Below, one piece after another: positions 56,520 through 64,000 of a DNA stretch of 64,000 bases; the stretch's first letter is position 1, and every line of letters begins with the position of its first letter. The position numbers and the translations under genes are program-made. The stretch comes from Polyangiaceae bacterium. Lineage in GTDB: Bacteria; Myxococcota_A; Polyangia; Polyangiales; Polyangiaceae. Location of the stretch: positions 303,350 to 367,349 of the forward strand of contig JBNKBE010000003.1 of the NCBI GenBank assembly GCA_050287085.1, read 5' to 3'. The notes below the pieces were generated by a model, which was not told the origin of the DNA, made no database searches, and saw nothing but the letters and a program-made list of their open reading frames with translations.

Positions 56520-57776
56520 TCAGCCATCCGCAGCAAGAGCTGTTACCGGTTGAATACGCGCGGCAAATCGAGCTGGCGCATAGCCAGCAAGCAACCCCAC
56601 GGCGAGCAGCACCAGTACTAGAAGGCCAGCAACCCCAAGGTCGATACTGGGAGCGCCCATGGGGGCATCACTCGAAACCAGGAGCCGCCCGGCGCCTTCG
56701 AGCATCAACACCCCAGCGGCAAGCCCAGCGTACCCGCTCACCAACGTCAGAACCAGTGTCTCTTGCACCACGAGCGATGCGATCGCTCCCGGAGTGGCCC
56801 CCAGAGCCTTGCGAACCCCAATCTCGCGCGTCCGCTCCTTGACGGTGATGAGCATGATGTTGCTGACCCCCAGCGCCGCCGCCAGCAAGGTTGCGATGCT
56901 GACAAACCAGGTGAACGCCCGCACACCGAGGAACAACTTGCCCACGCGAGCAAACTTCGCGCCCACGTTGAAGGAGCCAAGGGCACGCCGATCGTCCGGA
57001 TGAACCAAGTGCTGGCGCTTCAGCACACTTAGAAGCTGTTGCTCAAAGTCCTCCGCGCTCACGTCGTCGCGAGCCATGGCGGCAAACCAGCCCACCCGAC
57101 CCCCGAAGTTGAAGGTGCGTTGAAACGTGGAGAATGGAACGTGAACCGTGCTGTTCTGGCGATCGCCTTGTTGTCCGCTACGATCCGAATCGAACACACC
57201 GACGACCTTGAATTGAATCCCTTTGATCGCGATGTAGCGGCCTAGCACGTCAGGTTGCCCCTGAAATAAGACGCGCCGTACTTGCTCTCCGATCACAGCC
57301 ACCTTGCGCTCCGCTTGCAGATCGAGGCGGTTCAGGAACCGCCCTCGATAGGCAGAAATGCCGTCGATTTCCGCCAGGGCCGGGTAGTCACCCATCACCG
57401 CAAAATTGCCAGCCTTAGCACCGTAGCTAACGTCGTTACCGTCGCGATATCCCCCGAGCTGCGCGCGAGGTGCCAAGTGAACCAGGCCGGGAACGCCCCG
57501 CAGCAACGCCTCAATATCATCTACGTTGAGACCAACGCGCCGCCCCGGGGCAAAGCCCCTGAAGGGCAACGCGGTGCGCTGGCCCCATAGGTAAACGCTA
57601 TTGCTGACGAAGCCCAGCATCTTCTGAGACACACCACGCTGCAACCCCGCTCCAAAACCGAGCATGATGACCAACATGAACACGCCCCAGAATATTCCAC
57701 TCGCCGTCATTAGGGTACGCCACGGGTTCTGCCGCAACGTGTCGATGACTTCCTGCCATGTATCGCGATCGAGCAT
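56520..57776 (-). CDS. MacB-type ABC permease (FtsX family)
   Basis: RTLMT..GIFWG, GRFLN, GVSNIMLITVKERTREIGVRKALGA. Confidence 0.93.
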   Translation of the reverse strand: MLDRDTWQEVIDTLRQNPWRTLMTASGIFWGVFMLVIMLGFGAGLQRGVSQKMLGFVSNSVYLWGQRTALPFRGFAPGRRVGLNVDDIEALLRGVPGLVHLAPRAQLGGYRDGNDVSYGAKAGNFAVMGDYPALAEIDGISAYRGRFLNRLDLQAERKVAVIGEQVRRVLFQGQPDVLGRYIAIKGIQFKVVGVFDSDRSGQQGDRQNSTVHVPFSTFQRTFNFGGRVGWFAAMARDDVSAEDFEQQLLSVLKRQHLVHPDDRRALGSFNVGAKFARVGKLFLGVRAFTWFVSIATLLAAALGVSNIMLITVKERTREIGVRKALGATPGAIASLVVQETLVLTLVSGYAGLAAGVLMLEGAGRLLVSSDAPMGAPSIDLGVAGLLVLVLLAVGLLAGYAPARFAARIQPVTALAADG

Positions 57777-59002
57777 CAGCTGCCCCTCATGGCGATGGCA
57801 GGCTTGACGCGAGCAGCCCGTAGGGCAGGCACCAAGCCCGCCAAGGCCCCGGTGACAATCAGTAGCAGGGTGGCTCCCAGGGCCGCGCCAAAGTCGACCG
57901 ATGGGTTGGTGAAGTATTCGTTGTCGGGAATGATCTGGGCCAACGCCTCAACTACGCCAGCGGCCACCACCAACCCCAAGTAGCCAGCTCCGGTTGTTAC
58001 CAGCAGCGCCTCAATCAGAACGCTGCGCAGAATGACGGCCGGCGTAGCCCCAATCGCCTTGCGAATCCCAAACTCTACCGTGCGCTCTCGAACCGAGATC
58101 AGCATGATATTGCCGACTCCCACCATCCCCGCCAGCAGCGTCCCAATGCCAACAAGCCAGACGAAGGCTCCGATCCAGTCGAAGACCTGCGTCACTTTCA
58201 TGTAAGCCTCCAGGTTGTTGTGAACCCGAACCGCTCTAGCGTCTCGGGGATCAAAAGCATGCCGCTGCCCGAGCAGCTGACGCGTCTTGTCGACGAGCGC
58301 CCGACTCTCGTTCACGTCGTTCGACGCTACCGTAAACATCAACTGATGGATGTGATCTTGCCCGTGGTACACGAGCTGAGCCGTGGAAATCGGAACATAG
58401 ATCTTGCGAAGCTCTCCCTGTTCACCCTCGTCGGTATACAGACCAACGATACGATAGTTCGCACCCCCAACCTCGATGAACTCCCCAATCGGATCCTTGT
58501 CGCCGAATAGGGTACTCTTCACCTCCGGTCCGATGACGGCGACCTTGCGCCGCTCGCGAAGATCTCGCTCGTTGATGAAGCGTCCTGAAAGGAGCAAGGT
58601 CTTCTCCAGATGCAAGTGATCTGGATGGCAACCTCGAACGTCGAACGTCCCGGATTTCTCGCGATAGCGCACGGAGAAGGTGCCGCGCGGAAAGAAGCGC
58701 CCCGTGATGCGCTCAATGCCGGGTATGTGTCGTTGCAGCGCTGGCACGTCCCCGTTATCAAAAACGATGTCTCGCCCCACAGGCTTTCCCACGAAGGGCA
58801 GCGAAGTCTTGCCCGGATTGATCCAAAGGCTGTTGGTCGCATCATCCTTGAAGTCAGCCTTGACTCCCTCGTGCAGACCCCGACCCGCGGCCAATAGTAT
58901 GACGAGCATGAATATCCCCCACGCAACACTGAGAGCCGTCAGTCCAGTGCGCAGGCGGTTTCGCCACAGCAAAGAGAATAGTTCTCCCAGCTCCTCCGTC
59001 AA
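57776..59002 (-). CDS. MacB-type ABC permease (FtsX family)
   Basis: RTGLT..VAWG, GRFIN, GVGNIMLISVRERTVEFGIRKAIGA. Confidence 0.93.
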   Translation of the reverse strand: MTEELGELFSLLWRNRLRTGLTALSVAWGIFMLVILLAAGRGLHEGVKADFKDDATNSLWINPGKTSLPFVGKPVGRDIVFDNGDVPALQRHIPGIERITGRFFPRGTFSVRYREKSGTFDVRGCHPDHLHLEKTLLLSGRFINERDLRERRKVAVIGPEVKSTLFGDKDPIGEFIEVGGANYRIVGLYTDEGEQGELRKIYVPISTAQLVYHGQDHIHQLMFTVASNDVNESRALVDKTRQLLGQRHAFDPRDARAVRVHNNLEAYMKVTQVFDWIGAFVWLVGIGTLLAGMVGVGNIMLISVRERTVEFGIRKAIGATPAVILRSVLIEALLVTTGAGYLGLVVAAGVVEALAQIIPDNEYFTNPSVDFGAALGATLLLIVTGALAGLVPALRAARVKPAIAMRGS

Positions 59003-59721
59003 CGCATTGTCTCCCGAGCGAGCTCCGTCGCAGCGTCCCGCATCACCCGCCCATCGCGCAACGACACGATCCGTTTGGCGCGTTGCGCGATGTCCTGCTC
59101 GTGGGTGACCAGCAAGATCGTGTTTCCTTCATCGTTGACTTCCCCCAGCAGGTCCATCAATCGATGAGAAGTCTCTGAATCGAGAGCGCCCGTGGGTTCA
59201 TCCGCGAGGATCAGCTTCGGCTCTGTAATCAGAGCTCTGGCAACGGCCACACGTTGCTTTTGGCCCCCCGATAGTTCTCCAGGTAGGTGTTTGGCGCGCT
59301 CCTCAAGCCCGACCTTCCGAAGGTAGACCATCGCTCGCTCCATTCGTTCTCGGCGCCGCACGCCTTGATAGTAGAGGGGCAGTGCGACGTTCTCCTGCGC
59401 CGTCTTAAACGCCAGCAGGTTGAAAGCCTGGAAAATGAAACCGATGAAACGGTTCCGATAGTGCGCTGCCCGACGTTCACTCAGCCGCTCGATACGCTCT
59501 CCCGCCAGCCGATAGGCGCCCGAGTCGTAGCTATCCAACAAGCCCAGCACGTTGAGCAACGTGGACTTCCCGGAGCCAGAAGAGCCCATGATGGCAACAA
59601 ACTCGCCGGCGCGCACCGACAGGTCAATGTTCCGCAAGACCGGTAGAGACGTCGCCCCCATGACGTAGCTCTTACATAAGCTCTCGAGCTCGATAAGCGG
59701 CGGTTCACTCACGCCGCCCAC
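58999..59721 (-). CDS. ABC transporter ATP-binding protein (LolD/MacB-like)
   Basis: [31 protein letters not shown] and VTHE. Confidence 0.95.
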   Translation of the reverse strand: MGGVSEPPLIELESLCKSYVMGATSLPVLRNIDLSVRAGEFVAIMGSSGSGKSTLLNVLGLLDSYDSGAYRLAGERIERLSERRAAHYRNRFIGFIFQAFNLLAFKTAQENVALPLYYQGVRRRERMERAMVYLRKVGLEERAKHLPGELSGGQKQRVAVARALITEPKLILADEPTGALDSETSHRLMDLLGEVNDEGNTILLVTHEQDIAQRAKRIVSLRDGRVMRDAATELARETMR

Positions 59722-59973
59722 GACTCCACGCTACCGCTAGCGGTCCCCATTCGAAAGCTGGCAAGCGGCCTATTCGCCTCGGATGACGAGACTAGAACTC
59801 GTGTTGGCTGCACCGACAGGTCATAGAGAGCTCACCTGTAGGTGTAAAGCCCCACCGCTCTGTGAGGGCATGACCTACGAATCCCTACGTCTCGTCGCAC
59901 TGCCCCCTGAACGCCGAACAGCACAAGGTATAATGGCCCCGCACCAAGGTGCCGTATTAAGCTGGAAAGTCGC

Positions 59974-62430
59974 ATGTCCAAACAGATTCACTGTCACGCG
60001 TGTAGCACCCAGTTCGCGGTATCCGCAGAACTCTACGAGAAGCATTTCGCTGGCAAGAAAGCGATTGTGAAGTGTCGACGCTGCGGCGCACACATCTCGG
60101 TAGACGCGCGTGGAGACTCCCTCCGCTGTGAAACCGTCCGCCCTTCTTCGGTGCCACTCGGCCCTTCGAGTTCCCCAGCGTCGAGCTCGATGTTGGGCTC
60201 TTCCAGCCCCGCCCCGGCCAACCCCCCGAGCGCCGCGAGCAGTCCAGCCGGTCGCAATCCGCCCGCCACCGCATCCCAGGAACAGGCCACTGAAGCTCCA
60301 AGGAGCACTTCGCTGAGCGATGCAGCAACGGCGCCGCCGCCAGCCGCCAGGAACGAGCCGGCGCGACAGGTGCCGTTTCAGGAGCCCGCTCCGACCGCCC
60401 CCGTTTTGCCGCGTCCCGCCGCCAAGGGAGGGCTGGAAGCGTTGAAAACGTCGCTTCACCGCCGGGCCGGCACGCCTAGCTTCACGATCCCGAAGCCAGA
60501 GTCCGTATTGGGCGGAGCCGCCGTCGCTGCGCTGTCGAAGCACGAGCCTCCGAGCCCAAGTCGCGACCCCGAAGCCAAGGCGCCCGGCGAGCCTCCGAAC
60601 CCAAGTCCCGAAGCCAAGGCGCCCGGCGAGCCGAGCCCAAGTCCCGAAGGCAAAGCCAAGGAACCTGGCGAACCGAGCGCCCAAGAGGCCCCTCACGAGC
60701 CGGCGCCTCCGCTCAGCGCCTACGAGTCGCGCGTCAAGACCGCTGCGCCCGGCAGCGCTCTCGGCGGCAGAGCCAGCTCCAGCAAGTTCAAGGGCACGCT
60801 TGTGGGTCTACAGGCCCCCGGCTTCGGCGGTCCGGAAAACCCGACCGTTCCGGAGCAGCCCGCCGCCAAACAGCGATCCGGTCACCATGAGGTCGTAACC
60901 CACGACGAGAGCCCACGCCCGCTTCGCGCGCGCCCGGCGAGCCCCCCCCGCCGGGCGCGGGACTTCGGCGCCACCATGGTCGGCGTTGCCCCGCCCGCGT
61001 TCGGAAGCGCCCCACAACCCGAGGCGACCGACGATCTATCGGTCATCGCCGAGTTCCCACCCGATGAGGCGGTACCCGCCAGCGCCGCGGAGCCGGCAGC
61101 CAGACACCCAGGAGAACTAGACTTAGACTTCTCGCCGGAAGAACTGATCGAAGCGGCTTTTGATGCCGAGGTCGGGACCTTGCGTCGCCACGACCCCGCC
61201 GCTACCGAATCGCCCCTGGGAACAGCGTCGCCCGACGCCAGTGGCTCAAGCGCTCCCCATGCCGAACCCTCCGACGCGGGGGCTGCCCCAAACGACTCCA
61301 GCGATCTGGCCAAGCTGGAAGTCAGCGCCGAGGCAGTGCCCACGTCCGACGCGAGTCTCCCGCCGTCGAGCGGAGAGGCTTTGACTGGTGATGACCTATC
61401 GCTGGGGGCCGATGAAGGGCCGTCCGCATGGTTGGCGGAACAGGGTGACGAACGCGTATCCACCCCACCTATCACCGTCGAAGAGTCTTCGGAACGTCCT
61501 CCTCCCGGCGCGGTAGCCCTTGATGCCGTCCGGTCAGAGCCTGCGAGAAAGTCGCGTGGTCGAACGTGGGCCATCGCCGCGGCCACCGTCGCTCTCAGCG
61601 CCGGCGGCGCGGGTCTCTTGTGGTGGCAAACGCAACCTGGCGGACGCCTCGCGCACTGGATTGGCGGCGGCTCGATATCCGGACGAACCGCAAACCCAGC
61701 GACTGCAACCCGCACCGGCCCGCCTGAGTTGTCGGCGGCTCCCGCGGCGGAGCCCCGGGCTCCCGAGCTCAGGCGAGCGCCCGAGGGCGTTCCGGCGTCC
61801 AAAGACCCCGCTTCCGCAGACGAGTCGCTGAACGCCGCGCCCGTTCAACAAGCAAATCCAGAGGGGGTCCCTCCGGCTCCAACAGGGGTGAAGGCGACAC
61901 CAGGCCGGCTACCCGCAGTGCAAGCAAAGGAAACACCCTCCGAACCCATCCGAGCGCTAGCTCCCGCTCCGGAACCCGATCCGAGCGCGCAAGCGGAGCC
62001 CAGCGATCCACCCGATCCGAGTGCGCAAGCGGAGCCCAGCGATCCACCCGACCCGAGCGCGCAAGCGGAGCCCAGCGATCCACCCGATCCGGATGCGCAA
62101 ACAGAGCCGCTCGATCCCGACGAGGGGTCCGCTCCCGCCCCCGGCCTCGACCAAGTCCCCCCCAGCGTGGGCGCGGATCACGTCAGCGCCTTGATGAGCG
62201 TTGCGATCCGTCGAGCTCAGCGCTGCCATCCGGGTGGACACGCCGTCGGCACCGCCACCGTGTTCGTCACCTTTGGACAGGACGGGGCCGTGAGCGACGC
62301 TCACCTAGTCGGCGAGCCGCTGGCAAGCGCGCCGGTCGCCTCCTGCATTTTGGGGCATGTTCGAGTGCTTTCAGTGCCTCCCTTCGACGACGCCCCGTTT
62401 GTCGTCTCAGCGCCGATCGAACTACGGTAA
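59974..62430 (+). CDS. Zinc-ribbon / Pro-rich / TM / TonB-C-like protein (AgmX/GltJ-like architecture)
   Basis: N-terminal CHAC..CRRC ribbon, long low-complexity linker, TM WAIAAATVALSAGGAGLLWW, C-terminal domain RCH..ATVFVTF..DGAV..ASCI..VPPF. Confidence 0.75.
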   Translation: MSKQIHCHACSTQFAVSAELYEKHFAGKKAIVKCRRCGAHISVDARGDSLRCETVRPSSVPLGPSSSPASSSMLGSSSPAPANPPSAASSPAGRNPPATASQEQATEAPRSTSLSDAATAPPPAARNEPARQVPFQEPAPTAPVLPRPAAKGGLEALKTSLHRRAGTPSFTIPKPESVLGGAAVAALSKHEPPSPSRDPEAKAPGEPPNPSPEAKAPGEPSPSPEGKAKEPGEPSAQEAPHEPAPPLSAYESRVKTAAPGSALGGRASSSKFKGTLVGLQAPGFGGPENPTVPEQPAAKQRSGHHEVVTHDESPRPLRARPASPPRRARDFGATMVGVAPPAFGSAPQPEATDDLSVIAEFPPDEAVPASAAEPAARHPGELDLDFSPEELIEAAFDAEVGTLRRHDPAATESPLGTASPDASGSSAPHAEPSDAGAAPNDSSDLAKLEVSAEAVPTSDASLPPSSGEALTGDDLSLGADEGPSAWLAEQGDERVSTPPITVEESSERPPPGAVALDAVRSEPARKSRGRTWAIAAATVALSAGGAGLLWWQTQPGGRLAHWIGGGSISGRTANPATATRTGPPELSAAPAAEPRAPELRRAPEGVPASKDPASADESLNAAPVQQANPEGVPPAPTGVKATPGRLPAVQAKETPSEPIRALAPAPEPDPSAQAEPSDPPDPSAQAEPSDPPDPSAQAEPSDPPDPDAQTEPLDPDEGSAPAPGLDQVPPSVGADHVSALMSVAIRRAQRCHPGGHAVGTATVFVTFGQDGAVSDAHLVGEPLASAPVASCILGHVRVLSVPPFDDAPFVVSAPIELR
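60544..60678 (+). repeat. Imperfect in-frame tandem repeat (EPPxPSPEAKAPG, about 3 copies)
   Basis: Recurring CCCGAAGCCAAGGCGCCCGGCGAGCC and CCCAAGTC blocks. Confidence 0.8.
61975..62108 (+). repeat. 36-bp in-frame tandem repeat, 3 copies plus a partial copy (PDPSAQAEPSDP)
   Basis: CCCGATCCGAGCGCGCAAGCGGAGCCCAGCGATCCA at 61975, 62011 and 62047 (single mismatches); degenerate copy at 62083. Confidence 0.95.
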
Positions 62431-62471
62431 TTGCGCAATCGCAGACTCGCTGCTTCAATGCGCGGCGCGTC

Positions 62472-63269
62472 ATGCTCCCAGATCTTGGACTCTACCTTTC
62501 CATCGGCGCGGTCGCCGGCACAGCCGCCGGACTGCTGGGAGTCGGTGGGGGCATCGTAATAGTGCCAGCCCTCACCTGGGTGCTGGCCACGCGCGGGCTC
62601 GCACCTGAGCAAGTGGGTCAGGTGGCCGTCGGCACTTCGCTCGCCACGATTCTCCCCACGTCTCTCTCGTCGATCTGGGCTCATCACCAGCGCGGCGCGG
62701 TGCTGTGGCCTTACGTCGCACGCCTCACGCCGGGGATCCTCGCGGGCAGTGTACTGGGAGCCAAGGTCGCACTCGCCCTGCCGAGCGCTTGGCTGCAGTC
62801 CGCCTTCGGGGTATTCGCGCTGATCGCCAGCGCTCGCATGCTCCGAGCGGCGCTGCGCACGGAACCGATCCGGGATGGCCATACCTCGAGCGCCCCGCGT
62901 TTCCTAGCCCCGGCCGGGCTCGGTATCGGAACCTTCTCCAGCTTCTTCGGCATCGGCGGTGGAACGCTCACGGTCCCGCTGCTGCGCGCCTTTGACGTCG
63001 GGATACGCAGTGCTGTCGGCACCTCCGCAGCCTGTGGCCTGCCCATCGCTCTAGCAGGTGCCACGACCTTTACGTTCGCAACCCCAACCCCACCGATTCA
63101 CGGCGCGGTCGGCTACGTACTGGGTACGGCGTGGCTTGGGGTCGCCCTGGCCAGCATCGTCACCGCGCGGCTCGGCGCCGCGCTGGCGCACCGCATCTCG
63201 CGCAACAGGCTGCAAGCGCTTTTTGCCTGCCTGCTAGCGATAGCAGCCGTGAAGATGTTGCTGCGCTAG
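62472..63269 (+). CDS. TauE/SafE (TSUP) family sulfite exporter
   Basis: AGLLGVGGG, AVGTSLA, SSFFGIGGG and AVGTSAA; multiple TMs. Confidence 0.93.
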   Translation: MLPDLGLYLSIGAVAGTAAGLLGVGGGIVIVPALTWVLATRGLAPEQVGQVAVGTSLATILPTSLSSIWAHHQRGAVLWPYVARLTPGILAGSVLGAKVALALPSAWLQSAFGVFALIASARMLRAALRTEPIRDGHTSSAPRFLAPAGLGIGTFSSFFGIGGGTLTVPLLRAFDVGIRSAVGTSAACGLPIALAGATTFTFATPTPPIHGAVGYVLGTAWLGVALASIVTARLGAALAHRISRNRLQALFACLLAIAAVKMLLR

Positions 63270-63346
63270 GGACGAACCCGCCCGCCACAGCAAGGGGCTC
63301 GGCCGACATGGTAGGACTCTCCCATCCACGGACCCATAAGCCAGCC

Positions 63347-63406
63347 GTGTTGCCGCACCGGCTGCGGCAACACTGAGGAGACAGCAGCGACTGCCGCCTC
63401 CTCAGT
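63347..63406. terminator. Tandem hairpins between convergent genes
   Basis: 11-bp stem GTGTTGCCGCA/TGCGGCAACAC (63347-63373) and 9-bp stem ACTGAGGAG/CTCCTCAGT (63372-63406). Confidence 0.55.
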
Positions 63407-63459
63407 ATCAGCGGATTGACTCGGGCAGGCCCCGAGCGCTTCCGCTCGCCGCGCCGAGT

Positions 63460-64000
63460 TTACTGCGGGACGTCAATCACGCGGACCTGACAGGCGTTGG
63501 TACACGAATCCGTGTTGATGGTGTTGCCATCGTCGCAGCCTTCGGGACCGTTCTTGATGCCGTCGCCGCAGCGCTCGCCCAGCTGACAACCCTTGCCGCA
63601 TTCACCGTAGCCGCCGTCATTGTCGCCGTCGTCGCACTGCTCTTTGCCATTGCGCTCGCCGTCGCCGCAGCGTGGCCCTAGCTTGCAGCCCGGCGCGCAC
63701 TCACCGTAACCGCCGTCGTTGACGCCGTCGTCGCATTGCTCATTGTCCTGAACGTCTTCGTCGCCGCAGCGGGGAGCCAAGGTGCAGTCTTCCTTGCAGC
63801 CGCCGTATTCGCCGGTGTTCTTCCCGGCGCCCTCGTCACACTGCTCGGGGCCATTGCGCTCACCGTCGCCGCAGTAGGGCGCCGGCTGGCAGTCATAGCC
63901 GCACTCCTTGCCGTAACCGCCGTTCGCGCTGCCCTTATCACAGGTCTCTCCATCGTCCGCGTCGACGCTTCCGTCCCCGCAGTAGGGCCCGAGCGTACAG
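63460..64000 (-). CDS. Myxococcus Cys-rich (DUF4215-type) repeat protein, C-terminal part (truncated by window edge)
   Basis: Frame is open from 63999 (CTLGPYCGDG...); five CGD-type repeats; CDDGVNDGGYGECA is identical to the tail of the 17574 protein. Confidence 0.88.
   Translation of the reverse strand, partial: CTLGPYCGDGSVDADDGETCDKGSANGGYGKECGYDCQPAPYCGDGERNGPEQCDEGAGKNTGEYGGCKEDCTLAPRCGDEDVQDNEQCDDGVNDGGYGECAPGCKLGPRCGDGERNGKEQCDDGDNDGGYGECGKGCQLGERCGDGIKNGPEGCDDGNTINTDSCTNACQVRVIDVPQ

Noticed and set aside
61975..62108. 36-bp repeats as a CRISPR array
   Set aside because: Head-to-tail with no spacers, in frame within a CDS, and no cas genes nearby.
1..64000. tRNA, rRNA, transposase, integrase or prophage genes
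   Set aside because: No recognisable signatures found by eye.

Overview
GC-rich bacterial chromosomal window. The myxobacterial origin (probably Polyangiales/Sorangiineae-like) is inferred from CGDG-type Cys-rich repeat proteins, a fibro-slime protein and a zinc-ribbon/TonB-like protein. From start to end it holds: a PP2C-Ser/Thr kinase fusion, lipoproteins, an RND pump, pgpA and DUF503, a cobalamin riboswitch controlling a btuC-btuF-btuB-lipoprotein-btuD operon, a fibro-slime protein, a fabB-GNAT-acyltransferase cluster, a ~17 kb divergent Tad/Flp pilus locus (24056-41178), a Ycf46-like AAA ATPase followed by a WYL-domain remnant, the carboxy(nor)spermidine pathway, HU, ybgC/yigZ, pyrF, a cNMP-CPBP protease fusion, a MacAB-like exporter, an AgmX/GltJ-like protein and a TauE transporter. 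The Tad locus is the strongest candidate system. It has two CpaF ATPases (one fused to an FHA domain), a second degenerate FHA membrane protein, a Thr-motif scaffold, five prepilins including a large Cys-rich tip candidate, and no recognisable CpaE/TadZ. This resembles a single-locus version of the myxobacterial Kil prey-killing apparatus. I saw no rRNA, tRNA, CRISPR array or transposase. All calls come from motif reading only; no searches were run.
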